Shown: one piece after another, positions 27,003 to 36,645 of the stretch
Position numbering within the stretch: the stretch's first letter is position 1
How the letters are laid out: every line of letters starts with the position of its first letter
Origin: a virus
Direction: 5' to 3' (one strand)
DNA length: 64,000 bases
IMG/VR virus record: IMGVR_UViG_3300017971_000265
Span: 1 to 64,000 of that record
The notes under the pieces: generated by a model
Told to the model about the DNA's origin: nothing
What the model saw: the letters and a program-made list of their open reading frames with translations, nothing else
The model's database searches: none
Made by a program: the position numbers and the translations under genes

Positions 27003-27905
27003 ATGAGCCACGGGAAAAATGATATGATTGTAGAGGCAAAGGTTCTTCATGATTTGCAGAAAGGTTCCTATGAGGAACTTTTGCAATCGTTGGATCGGGC
27101 CGTTATCGAAAATCAAGATCTGTTTGGGGACGACGCTGTTTTGTTTGCTTCTCACCTAGATAGGGTCATTGTAATCAATGAGGGGGGGCAGTTTTTTTCT
27201 GCGAATTATACCAACCGAGACGGGGTGATTAGGTTTGGAAAGGTCGATGAGTTGGACGTAAATGCGGTGACGGAAGAATCAATCGTTGCCAGTGCTGTAG
27301 ATAATTTTTTCGAGGGGGAATCGTTGGCTGAAGGTTTGAAGGGGCTTATGGATTTGCGTCAAGGCATTGATGAGTCGCCCATAGCTAAGACAAGGGAGTC
27401 TTTGTCTCGCCTATTTGGTGGGGGTCGATTGTGGCGCAGATATGTTGATGAGCACAGCGAACGAGTCAGCAATTTTGCTTGGGATGCAGATTATGGTTCT
27501 TTAAAGATTGATGTGCGGCCAATTTTTAGTGACAGGGGTAGTGATGTTATCGAAGATGAACAAGAGGTAATGTCGGCACTGATCAATTTGGAGCGACGTC
27601 TTGTTGAGAGTCTGAATAAAACAACTGAGATTTACAAGGCTTACCAGGAAGAGACGAAAGATTTGCGAAGTGACGAGGCTGATCAGGTTCTGAGTCGTTT
27701 CGAATCTTTCGCTTCTGATTACATCGATCATTTGACTGAAGTTTCTAACTTTGCATCGAATGCGGTGCGACGTGGGAGAGATGGTAATGTATCTTGTGCC
27801 GCCATTACTCATGATGAGATAGCGGCTAGGTTTAAAGAGTTGGAATTGGGTGGCAGATTTGTCAGGAAAGTTTCATCTCAATTTTTGCAGCAACAATCTG
27901 CGTAG
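27003..27905 (+). CDS. Hypothetical head-module protein
   Basis: AGGAGGAG RBS before ATG 27003; between portal and protease. Confidence 0.7.
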   Translation: MSHGKNDMIVEAKVLHDLQKGSYEELLQSLDRAVIENQDLFGDDAVLFASHLDRVIVINEGGQFFSANYTNRDGVIRFGKVDELDVNAVTEESIVASAVDNFFEGESLAEGLKGLMDLRQGIDESPIAKTRESLSRLFGGGRLWRRYVDEHSERVSNFAWDADYGSLKIDVRPIFSDRGSDVIEDEQEVMSALINLERRLVESLNKTTEIYKAYQEETKDLRSDEADQVLSRFESFASDYIDHLTEVSNFASNAVRRGRDGNVSCAAITHDEIAARFKELELGGRFVRKVSSQFLQQQSA

Positions 27906-27917
27906 GAGGTAAAGAAA

Positions 27918-29165
27918 ATGGCAGTTCGACCTCTCGAAGAAGATTTCCAACGTTTAGGATTATCACAAGATGAAATCCGTGCGTCACTTCACAATATGGG
28001 GCGACCCTTGGGTGAAATGGCAGAGGCGGATCTCAGCGATGGTTCTGAAGAAGAGGAAGATGAGGACTTCGAGGAATCCTATCTGAGTGATCTGATAGGT
28101 CATGACGACGATGAGGCAGAGGACTTTGACGAGATGTCAGAGGAAGATTATTTTGAGTTTGTTGACAATCTTTCCGATGAAGAGTTGGATAGGTTGCTTG
28201 AAAACTCGGAGATGTTCGAGGCGAAGTTTATCAAGCTTACTCCTTTGGGTACGCGCAAGACGGCTCGCAGGAAGAGGAAGAAATGGCTCAAAACGGCTGC
28301 GGGTCAAGCCTATGCAAGAAAGCAGATGCAGAAGCGAAAGCGTCCCGCTTTTAAAAAGCAAGCCAAGAAGCAGCGTATTAGGCGCAAAAGAGCGGGTGGA
28401 GCACGTAAGGGCTATATGATGCGTGCCGGAGTCGAAAATCCTTCAGAAGGGAAAGAAGCTATACATGAAGATCTCATGGAAAGCTTGACCGATCTCGCTG
28501 AGTCGATTGAGCGTGAACCTGTTTCTCGTTTCGACGAATATGTCACAGCATTTAATGCCCTTGCTGATCTGGGAGAGCTGGGTGCTGCAAAGATCATGGA
28601 CGAAGACGAAGATGCGGCAATGGACGTCTTGAATCTGTCGCTCCAGGCAGAAGAAGTGTTGAAGCTCATGGAGGACATGGGTGGAGCGCTCGACGAAGAC
28701 GAAGACGAGGTGCTGGAAGAGGCTCTGGCCCAGCTGATGGAGCTTGCCGGAGAACTCGTCGAGGAGTATGGCTTGCTTCTCGAAGATGAAGACGAGGAAG
28801 AGTATGAGGACGAGGAGCTGGAAGAAGATGAGGAAGAGATCAATCCCTTCCTAGAGGCTGCTGCTTCGCTTCGTGAAGCTAGACGTCCCCCCAAGGGCAA
28901 GAAGCGCTTTCTTCTCAATCCTAAGTCCAGAAAGGCCGTAAAGGGTCGGTCGAAGTGGAGCAAGGCCGGTGGCAATGCTAAGAGGCAGTTGGCTGGACGC
29001 AAAGATGTGAGGAATAAGCAGGCTTTGCTTGGCTATCTCAAGATGGTGAAGGCGGGCAAGGTTGCTCCTGGCCAACCCATTATGATGAGTAAAACCGGGA
29101 AGCCCCTCAGCAAGGGTGCGAGAGCTGCCAAGAAATTGGCTGCGGCCCGAAGGAAAGCTGGCTGA
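27918..29165 (+). CDS. Putative prohead core/scaffold protein with alternating acidic and basic blocks
   Basis: AGGAGG RBS; position just upstream of the protease, like T4 core genes. Confidence 0.6.
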   Translation: MAVRPLEEDFQRLGLSQDEIRASLHNMGRPLGEMAEADLSDGSEEEEDEDFEESYLSDLIGHDDDEAEDFDEMSEEDYFEFVDNLSDEELDRLLENSEMFEAKFIKLTPLGTRKTARRKRKKWLKTAAGQAYARKQMQKRKRPAFKKQAKKQRIRRKRAGGARKGYMMRAGVENPSEGKEAIHEDLMESLTDLAESIEREPVSRFDEYVTAFNALADLGELGAAKIMDEDEDAAMDVLNLSLQAEEVLKLMEDMGGALDEDEDEVLEEALAQLMELAGELVEEYGLLLEDEDEEEYEDEELEEDEEEINPFLEAAASLREARRPPKGKKRFLLNPKSRKAVKGRSKWSKAGGNAKRQLAGRKDVRNKQALLGYLKMVKAGKVAPGQPIMMSKTGKPLSKGARAAKKLAAARRKAG

Positions 29166-31927
29166 TGAAAGGTAAGATGCTCCAGATTCTTCGGGAAGGT
29201 GAAGAAATTCAGGAGATAGGTATTCCTGAAGGAAAGACATTGGACGATCTTCTTGAAGACGTCTGTGTCTTGGAATTCAAGCCGGAAGATTTGTGTGAGA
29301 GCGAAGATGGTAAGCGCCCATATCTGAAGGGTAGATTCGGGTTCGTAGATAAGGCAACCGCGAACAAGAGGGTCTATCCTCGCAACATCATGTTGCGTGA
29401 GGTGAATCGTATTCTCGAAGATATGCATGCTAAGGGTGTCTATGGTGAGTTGGATCATCCATGTCTTACGGATAGTGATTTCCGAGTTCTTACCTCAGAT
29501 GGTTGGAAGGAGTTTAGGGACATTAGGGTTGGTGACAAAATATGGTCCCGCAAGGATGGCCATGCTGTTTTGTCTACTGTTCGTGGGATTGTGGATGAGC
29601 CCTATGATGGAGATGCATACAAGGTCAAGGGTAGGAGCATTGATGCTATCTTTACACCAGCGCACAAGATGGTGTTGAACAAGAGACCTGATCGATGTGG
29701 CAACGATGTACAAGATGAGTATGTGACAATTTCCGATATTGCAGAGAATCCTGGGAAATATAGTCATTATGCTATTCCGAATAGAGCACAATGGTTTGAG
29801 GAAAAGATTGATACTGTTGTTATTCCCGGCGTATCTATTCCTAGAGTAAAATCGGCCAGAAACGATGTTTCTGTTGATTTGAAACTAGATGCGAAGGTAT
29901 ATGCTGCCTTTTTGGGAATATACCTGTCTGAAGGATTTTGTAGTCCTGAAGACACAGATAACTACATTGTCAATATCTATCAGAAGAATGAGTGGTCCAA
30001 GAGGTATATTTACGACGAGGTTCTGAGCAAGTTTCCAAAAGAGCTGGAGTGGCATGAGACTGATAAAGGGTATGCTCTTTCAGATGCTCGTTTGTATTTT
30101 TATCTCAAAAAACTCGGTGACGTATACTCAAGACATGTGCCAGAGGAAGCAAAAAATCTTGGAATCGATTGTCTCAACGAGCTTATTTTTTGGTTTGCTA
30201 ATGGAAGACTTGTTTTTAGCAATTCGAAAGATGAGAATTGCAATGTAACCAATGGGCAAACTGGGAAGCAAGTTTTAGCTGAAGAGATCAGGGAAGATTT
30301 TACCAAACCTTTGACTAGACAGGATGTTTTTTCAGTATCGAAACGATTGATAGACGACTTGCATGAATGTTTGGTTCGTTCTGGTCGGTCTGGAAGTATT
30401 TCTTGCATCTATCCAGATAATGACTATCAGTTTGCTGGAAGAACAATTCTGGCGGCTAATAAAGTTCCATTATATCAGTTACACATTGAACATAGTTGTC
30501 ACACATGGATGGACCCTCGCTTTATCTCTATTGAGAAGATAAAGCATGCCGGTAACATTTATTGTCTAACTGTCGATAATGGTAATTTCTATATGGAAAA
30601 AAATGGCTATTCGTTCTGGACTGGAAATAGCGATGGAAAAACGAAGTTTTCCCGAGTTAGCCATTTTGTTACCGATGGCGAGATCACAGAAGATGGAGAA
30701 ATTCGAGGTAAGATTGAATTTATTCCCGGTACAATCAACGGGGATCAGGCTCTTGCTATTGCGCGTGCAGGTGGCAGGTTGGGGGTGAGTAGCCGTGGAT
30801 TCGGTTCTACCGCTCCCGATTCAAAAGGCAATGACGTCGTACAGGAAGACTACAAATTGGTAACTTGGGATATTGTTGCCGATCCAGCTAACGCAGGAGC
30901 ACACCCTGATTTTGTGGTGGAGCATAAGGAGGCACAGAAGATGGATCTGGATAGACTCAAAAAAGAACATCCCGAATTGGTAGAGGCGATTCAGAAGGAG
31001 ACCACGGAAGCGGTTGAGTCTGAGGCGCGGACCCATGCCAGGGAAGCATTGCGCGAAGAATTCGAAGGACGGCTTCAGGAAGAAGCAGATTCTATCCGAG
31101 AGGAAGCTGTTGAAGAAGCTCGTGGCAAATTACTCGAAGATCCCGAGGTGGCTGGTTCTGCAACCGCCATTGAAAGGGTCAAAGAGATCGTTGCTCCATT
31201 TATCCTTTCGGAGGATGAGAGCAACGAGGTGGCGAGGCTCAAGAAGAAAATTGTCGCGTTGGAGCAAAAGATCGCTGACCAAGATGAAGCCTTGACTGTT
31301 GCGAGAGAGGAGAGTGATGAGCTTTCCGGTATCGCTAAGGAGCTTGGGTATCATCTCTATTTGGAACGCGAACTAAGTGACAATGCGCATTTTGAGCAAG
31401 TCATGGAAATGCTTGGTGACGTCAGTGAGTACGATACTCTGGACCAACTCAAGGATCGTGTTGAGGAGATTTCCGAGGCGCTTTCCGAGCAGGACAAGGT
31501 GACAGAGGATTACGAGGTTCGAATTTCTCAGATGGAGAAGGAGCTGAATAAAATCACGGAAGAGCGTGATAAGGCTCTTAGTATCGGAAAGCAGTTTGGC
31601 CTGCGTGCCTATGTCGAGCGGAAGATTGCAGATAACCCAAGGGCTTCGCAGCTGAGGGAGTTTATTGGGAATCAGGCATTCGAAAGCAGAGAAGATGTGG
31701 ACAAGCTGGTCGAGTCATTTACGGCTGCTAACCCTCCCTCAGAGGAATACGAAAAGATCCGTAATGGGATCGAGAAGAGAGGGCAAACGTTGCCGGAGGA
31801 CATTGGCTCACGTAGTCCCAAGTCGTTGACGGAAGGAATGGGAGACGTCGCGGGCGTACCCATAAACGAGCTAAGGGAGCGTGCGGAGAGAATGAATCCT
31901 CCCCGCGCTTCTGTGGCGCAACAGTAG
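29165..31927 (+). CDS. Prohead protease (T4 gp21-like) fused to coiled-coil scaffold, with intein
   Basis: NKRVYP, GELDHP, GVSSRGFGS and WDIVADP motifs; long Glu-rich helical C-terminus. Confidence 0.9.
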   Translation: MKGKMLQILREGEEIQEIGIPEGKTLDDLLEDVCVLEFKPEDLCESEDGKRPYLKGRFGFVDKATANKRVYPRNIMLREVNRILEDMHAKGVYGELDHPCLTDSDFRVLTSDGWKEFRDIRVGDKIWSRKDGHAVLSTVRGIVDEPYDGDAYKVKGRSIDAIFTPAHKMVLNKRPDRCGNDVQDEYVTISDIAENPGKYSHYAIPNRAQWFEEKIDTVVIPGVSIPRVKSARNDVSVDLKLDAKVYAAFLGIYLSEGFCSPEDTDNYIVNIYQKNEWSKRYIYDEVLSKFPKELEWHETDKGYALSDARLYFYLKKLGDVYSRHVPEEAKNLGIDCLNELIFWFANGRLVFSNSKDENCNVTNGQTGKQVLAEEIREDFTKPLTRQDVFSVSKRLIDDLHECLVRSGRSGSISCIYPDNDYQFAGRTILAANKVPLYQLHIEHSCHTWMDPRFISIEKIKHAGNIYCLTVDNGNFYMEKNGYSFWTGNSDGKTKFSRVSHFVTDGEITEDGEIRGKIEFIPGTINGDQALAIARAGGRLGVSSRGFGSTAPDSKGNDVVQEDYKLVTWDIVADPANAGAHPDFVVEHKEAQKMDLDRLKKEHPELVEAIQKETTEAVESEARTHAREALREEFEGRLQEEADSIREEAVEEARGKLLEDPEVAGSATAIERVKEIVAPFILSEDESNEVARLKKKIVALEQKIADQDEALTVAREESDELSGIAKELGYHLYLERELSDNAHFEQVMEMLGDVSEYDTLDQLKDRVEEISEALSEQDKVTEDYEVRISQMEKELNKITEERDKALSIGKQFGLRAYVERKIADNPRASQLREFIGNQAFESREDVDKLVESFTAANPPSEEYEKIRNGIEKRGQTLPEDIGSRSPKSLTEGMGDVAGVPINELRERAERMNPPRASVAQQ
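29462..30628 (+). mobile_element. Intein (389 aa) next to the protease catalytic His
   Basis: GELDHP|CLTDSD...TPAHKM...FLGIYLSEG...YCLTV.NGNFY...WTGN|S. Confidence 0.9.
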
Positions 31928-31955
31928 TAACTAATTTTCGGATTGGAGGATAGAC

Positions 31956-33440
31956 ATGGAAGCGAGAGATTATCTCAACGATGAGGCGCTTGCACAATCG
32001 GCCGGAACCGTTCTGGACGAGGATCTGAATGTGGCGCTTCAGGCAAAGTGGGGCGGATTGATGGAACAGGGCTGGGACTCGTGGACGAAGCGCTGCATGG
32101 CGCGGATGTTCGAGAACGAGATGGTCCACCTCAATCAGCTCAAACGAAGGTTTCTCACAGAGGCCACGCTGGCGCAAAACATCCCGGATCTGGTCAAATT
32201 CATCTTTCCCATCGTGCGGAGAGTATGGGCCAACCTGATCGCTAACGGGCTGTTTTCGATTCAGCCGATGAACTCGCCAATTGGAGGCATCTTCTATTGG
32301 GAGTACAAGTACGGGACGTCAAAGGGAACTATCACTGCTGGCGACAACATGATAGAGAACTTTGATCGTTACTACTCCTCGGAATATGTCGATGGCGAAT
32401 CGATTGGAACTGGCACCGATACCTATTCTGGTACGCTGGCTTGGAAGCCTGTGAAGCCTTATGGCATGGGCCAGGTGGGAATCGAGTTCGTTGGTACTAC
32501 CGATGTCGGGGCTACTCTGCGCATCTATGATGCTGACGGAAGTGGTGATTTGTCAGGAGATGTCAGTGGTGCAAACACTATTACGTTTGCCACGGGTGCT
32601 TACAGCATCAAATTCACCGCATCTGTAAATAATGTGGTTGCCAACTACTTCTACAACATGGAGGCTGAGGCGGACAACGTACCGCAGGTCAACGTGGACA
32701 TCACCCTCGAAGCTATCAAGGCTTGGAGTCGGAAGCTGAAGATATTGTGGTCCAGCGAGGCTGCAGACGACATGAGGGCCGTGCTCAATATGGATATTGA
32801 GCCCGAGTTGACATCCGGTGTGGCAAGTGAGATCGCGCTGGGTATCGACCGCGAGCTGATCATGGCGGCTTACGGTTCGGGAACAACCAACACAGACACG
32901 TTCGATGCAGCGGTGCCACCGGGACGAAACCAGGTGGATCACTTCCGCAACATCATGACGACCATCGAGAAGGTGTCGGGTGGGATCAACACGGCTACGC
33001 ACAGAGGCCCTGGCAACTTCCTGGTTATAGGGCCGAGCGTACAGCCGATTTTTGGTGCGCTGGCCACGCACGGTGACCTGGTACGTGTCTATACGGACGT
33101 GCCGACAGGACCGGTAGGCCAGGGTGTGACGGGACGTCCCGCATTCCCATTGCCGCAGGCTCCGAGTGGATACGGTGTTTATCCGATGGGCTTCCTCCAG
33201 AACAAGTGGACGGTCATTGTGGACCCGTATTTCCCGAGTGGGAAGATTCTGGTCGGTCTGAAGGGGACGATGTTCACCGACTCCGGTTTGGTGTATGCCC
33301 CCTACGTGCCACTGGAAATGACGGCTGCGTTCCTCGATCCGGCAGACTTTTCGCTGCGGAAGGGTATGAGAACCAGGTATGCCAAGAAGCTGGTTAATTC
33401 CAATTTCTACGGCATTATCACGGTAACCAACCTTCCCTAA
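31956..33440 (+). CDS. Major capsid protein (T4 gp23-like)
   Basis: PIVRRV..NLIA, IQPMNSP.G.IF, SRKLK..WS.E...D, VYAPYVPL, DPADF..RKGMRTRYA. Confidence 0.95.
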   Translation: MEARDYLNDEALAQSAGTVLDEDLNVALQAKWGGLMEQGWDSWTKRCMARMFENEMVHLNQLKRRFLTEATLAQNIPDLVKFIFPIVRRVWANLIANGLFSIQPMNSPIGGIFYWEYKYGTSKGTITAGDNMIENFDRYYSSEYVDGESIGTGTDTYSGTLAWKPVKPYGMGQVGIEFVGTTDVGATLRIYDADGSGDLSGDVSGANTITFATGAYSIKFTASVNNVVANYFYNMEAEADNVPQVNVDITLEAIKAWSRKLKILWSSEAADDMRAVLNMDIEPELTSGVASEIALGIDRELIMAAYGSGTTNTDTFDAAVPPGRNQVDHFRNIMTTIEKVSGGINTATHRGPGNFLVIGPSVQPIFGALATHGDLVRVYTDVPTGPVGQGVTGRPAFPLPQAPSGYGVYPMGFLQNKWTVIVDPYFPSGKILVGLKGTMFTDSGLVYAPYVPLEMTAAFLDPADFSLRKGMRTRYAKKLVNSNFYGIITVTNLP

Positions 33441-33454
33441 AGGGCTGTGAAGTG

Positions 33455-33520
33455 AAGGGGCAGGGAGATGTTTAGCAACTTCTGAGAGGATGCGCGACGA
33501 CGCCTCCTGCCCCTTTTGCT
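33455..33520 (+). terminator. Inverted repeat after the capsid gene, possible terminator or stabiliser
   Basis: aaggggcagggag ... ctcctgcccctt followed by T residues; long loop. Confidence 0.35.
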
Positions 33521-33549
33521 TCCCAAGCAGGAATTGAGGAGAAATAGGT

Positions 33550-34119
33550 ATGAAAATCACAGTCATCAATAAGAGAGTAGCATCGGAGTTTGGTGCGGAC
33601 CACGTAATGTGTGTCGATGGCACCACTGTCAACCCCGGTGAGCAGCATGAGATGCTGGGTCGTTCCAGGACAGAACTCATTTTCCAGATGAATGTCCAAG
33701 ACGACGACGTATCGGTGTTGGGCGAACTGGAGGGCGATGATCGTTCTCCTCTCATTAACCAGATGAAGACTCCGGCAGATCCAGCTGCCGACACGTTTAC
33801 ACTGGCCGGTGAGGGATTCGATATTCTGGACGAGGTTGGAGCGGCATTCGACACAGACCTCCAGATGTATCTGGGTGTGTTTGACGACGCTGATTGTCAA
33901 ACTCCTTCGGAGGATGGCACGTTGGACACGGCGGCAACTGGGACGATTGATGCAGGTGCAGGTACAAATCTGCTCAAGGTTACCCCAGATGCGGGTGTTG
34001 TATCGGTAACTCTGACGGCAACGGGAGCTGGAGAATTCTGGCTCAAAGCGTGGCCGGTCGAAACCGACTACATTGTCGATGCCAGCGATTCGCACAAAAC
34101 GACATTCACCGCTTCATAG
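33550..34119 (+). CDS. Probable virion (decoration-like) protein
   Basis: Directly after the capsid gene; acidic, T/G/D-rich; GAGGAG RBS. Confidence 0.55.
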   Translation: MKITVINKRVASEFGADHVMCVDGTTVNPGEQHEMLGRSRTELIFQMNVQDDDVSVLGELEGDDRSPLINQMKTPADPAADTFTLAGEGFDILDEVGAAFDTDLQMYLGVFDDADCQTPSEDGTLDTAATGTIDAGAGTNLLKVTPDAGVVSVTLTATGAGEFWLKAWPVETDYIVDASDSHKTTFTAS

Positions 34120-34136
34120 TCGGTGAGCTGTTCGGT

Positions 34137-34204
34137 ATGGTGAAGAGCACCCACGTTAGGATTCCTACCCCGGACATTCTACGGGGTGCTCGGCACCATC
34201 TTTT
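34137..34204 (+). terminator. Long hairpin followed by TTTT
   Basis: atggtg..gagcaccc ... gggtgctc..caccat ctttt. Confidence 0.4.
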
Positions 34205-34234
34205 GAACCTTCCTTCCCACGAGGAGAGTCTAAG

Positions 34235-34531
34235 ATGAGTCTAGGTGCATATATTAGGGAGTCATTGAGAGAAAAAGTTCTTGCTGAGTCCAAGAGTGTT
34301 GAGGAGTGGTGGGATCGTTTACCGGGTAAAAGACGTCTCAAAGTTGTGGCGATTCTTGGGTTGAGCAAGGGGAGGGCGAAGGTTATTTATAGTAAACTCA
34401 ACCCTGATGAGCAGAGTGAAATCTCTGCATATTTCAAGAAATATAAGGGCAAGGTTGAGGGAACAGAGGGGACAGATGATACTTTGAACGAGTCGATGCA
34501 GAGGAATGAAGCTAGTCTTAGCCGAGACTAG
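34235..34531 (+). CDS. Small putative head protein; 3' end runs into element E8
   Basis: GAGGAG RBS; SLREKVLAES leader-like segment. Confidence 0.6.
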   Translation: MSLGAYIRESLREKVLAESKSVEEWWDRLPGKRRLKVVAILGLSKGRAKVIYSKLNPDEQSEISAYFKKYKGKVEGTEGTDDTLNESMQRNEASLSRD

Positions 34532-34643
34532 CGGGAGACATCGATGTTGCCTGAGAACATCGAGTCCAAAAGTCCCGCGTCGAGAAAAGGTTTGGTGAGA
34601 GATGGGAATTCCCAAGGGTCTTTCCCACATGCGAGGAGGGTTA
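34502..34643 (+). repeat. Dispersed element copy E8 (full leader plus one solitary degenerate repeat at 34618-34643)
   Basis: gctagtcttagccgagactagcgggagacatcgatgttgcctgagaacatcga...gtctttcccacatgcgaggagggtta. Confidence 0.9.
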
Positions 34644-34644
34644 G

Positions 34645-35217
34645 ATGGAGTTTTATAAGAAGAATCCAAAGATTGAGGGGACCATTACTGTCCAGAAGGT
34701 ATTGCTGGATGACGACATGGTTGTGACGGGAGAAGAGTTTAGGATCTTTGCTAATCCAAAAACCTTTCCCTCTATTCCTGTTAGGTTGGTTGCTGTCGAT
34801 TTTGACTCGCTGACTGAGACACAGAAAGAGAGGGCTATTCAGTTTGCTAAGGAGCGAGGGCAACCCGCGCCCAGACATCTCGGTGTGATCAAGTCGGAGA
34901 ATTTTGAGCTGACAAGAGATGGTGCTTTCAAAATTCATAGTCAACCGAAAAAGCCTTCCAAGCAAGCACCGGCACCTGTTCTTCCCCCCAAGAAGGCTGA
35001 ACCAAAACTTACCCAGCTTTATAACCTGGATGAGTTTATTGATATTTTTCCAGGTATTACAGATCGGAATGCGAGGCAAGTGAGACGCAAATTTCTGACA
35101 GTGAAGAGTTTGGCAGAGGCCAGCAATGCTGATTTGAGAGCGGTAGGGGTTAGGTCAAATTTTTTTAAGCGCCTGCGAGATCGGGCCAATTTGGAGATGG
35201 AGCAAGGAGACGAGTAG
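34645..35217 (+). CDS. Protein with C-terminal helix-hairpin-helix-like domain
   Basis: FPGITDRNARQV..KF.TVKSLAEAS..DL.AVGV. Confidence 0.6.
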   Translation: MEFYKKNPKIEGTITVQKVLLDDDMVVTGEEFRIFANPKTFPSIPVRLVAVDFDSLTETQKERAIQFAKERGQPAPRHLGVIKSENFELTRDGAFKIHSQPKKPSKQAPAPVLPPKKAEPKLTQLYNLDEFIDIFPGITDRNARQVRRKFLTVKSLAEASNADLRAVGVRSNFFKRLRDRANLEMEQGDE

Positions 35218-35226
35218 GAGGATAAT

Positions 35227-35802
35227 ATGCCCAAACTAGGAGATCTCGGACGGAACGTTGACATACTGAGGCAGATGCGTGATCGGCTAGTTGCTGAGGA
35301 GGGGAGAGCTAAGGAGCAGGAGGTTGAACAGGATCGATGGGATAGTTTTTCCGAGGTAGCGTCCGAGATTATTGAGGCGTGTGACAATAGACGTCTGGAA
35401 GAGCTTGTTACGGCGGTTCGTAAGCTCAAGAATCGGTTGCGCCGACCAGCGGTTAGGAAAGAATTGGCAAAGCTGGAAGCCGATGGAGGAAACGATAAGA
35501 TTCCTGCCAAGAAAGATAAGCCAATTACTGGGCAGTGCAAATGCGCGGAATGCGGCAAGGTTATTGATGGGTCAAAAGAGCCCTGTGTTGAAGATGCCTT
35601 ATGTACTGATTGTGCCTTGAAAAACAGAGTTGTTTCTAAGAAGGAACAGGACAAAAAGAAGAAGAAAAAGGGCGTGCCACCTACTCCAGGCATGGGATCT
35701 GAAGGAGGAGGAGCGTCAGGGGGCGAGGATGAGGGAGAGAGAGACGACGATGAGGAAAAAGAAAAGAAAGAGTCTCTGAGGAGAAGAAGCTATTCATTAT
35801 GA
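35227..35802 (+). CDS. Hypothetical protein with CxxC...CxxC motif
   Basis: AGGAGG RBS; ends ESLRRRSYSL. Confidence 0.65.
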   Translation: MPKLGDLGRNVDILRQMRDRLVAEEGRAKEQEVEQDRWDSFSEVASEIIEACDNRRLEELVTAVRKLKNRLRRPAVRKELAKLEADGGNDKIPAKKDKPITGQCKCAECGKVIDGSKEPCVEDALCTDCALKNRVVSKKEQDKKKKKKGVPPTPGMGSEGGGASGGEDEGERDDDEEKEKKESLRRRSYSL

Positions 35803-35851
35803 GTCTGGCCCAGGCAAATGAAGTCTCAACCGAGACAGTTGCGGCAAGCAG

Positions 35852-36616
35852 ATGAGGCTGCAAGAGTTCAAGCGATGGATTCGCCGCAAACTAGGCGATG
35901 ATGGGCAATGTACCGTCAAGGTTGAATTGACGGAGCAACAGATTGAACAAGCCTTAGAGGATGCTAAGGATTGGTTCAATGTCTTTGTGGGGATCTATAG
36001 AGAATCATCTCTTAATATTGCCGAAGGAACGGTGGAGTATGATCTGTCTGCTGTTATCCCTGCTATCGATACAGTGTCCAAGGTGTGGTTTCCTCGTCGT
36101 GGCACTGAGATCGATTTTAGTGTTCTCTATCCCGGTTTTTTAGACGTCGAAGGAATTCCTTACGGAGTAGGGACACTGTGGGGCGAGGGATATCCCCAAA
36201 CATCGATTACGCAGACTCTTCAAACTCTCGAATCCATGTCTAAGCTTTTGAGTTCGGATCTAGATTGGGAGTTCTACAAGGATACCATGGTCGATCCCGC
36301 GACAAAGACGTTGCGAATAATGCCATCTCCAAAACAGGGAGGTGTTGTGTATTATTTCTATCGAGTCGATCCATCGGCTATTAAGTTGGAGAATTACGAT
36401 CCGAAACATCTCTGGTTTATTAGGGAGTGGGCCTTAGCTGAGGCGAAGTATACGTTGGGGCGAATCCGAGGGAAATATTCAGGCGGTTTGCCAGCGGCAG
36501 GTGGAGATCGTAGTCTTGACGGCGAGGCGCTAATCACTGAGTCGAGAGAAGATAAGGAACGAATAGAGGAAAAAATCCTGGATATGCAAGGTCCAGTTAT
36601 GCCTATGATTTATTAG
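35852..36616 (+). CDS. Neck/head-completion protein (T4 gp13-like)
   Basis: IRRKLG...VKVELTEQQIEQALEDA; WALAEAK..LG.IRGKY; synteny. Confidence 0.75.
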   Translation: MRLQEFKRWIRRKLGDDGQCTVKVELTEQQIEQALEDAKDWFNVFVGIYRESSLNIAEGTVEYDLSAVIPAIDTVSKVWFPRRGTEIDFSVLYPGFLDVEGIPYGVGTLWGEGYPQTSITQTLQTLESMSKLLSSDLDWEFYKDTMVDPATKTLRIMPSPKQGGVVYYFYRVDPSAIKLENYDPKHLWFIREWALAEAKYTLGRIRGKYSGGLPAAGGDRSLDGEALITESREDKERIEEKILDMQGPVMPMIY

Positions 36617-36645
36617 GAGAGTCGAATCACACTGGTGAGGAAGCG

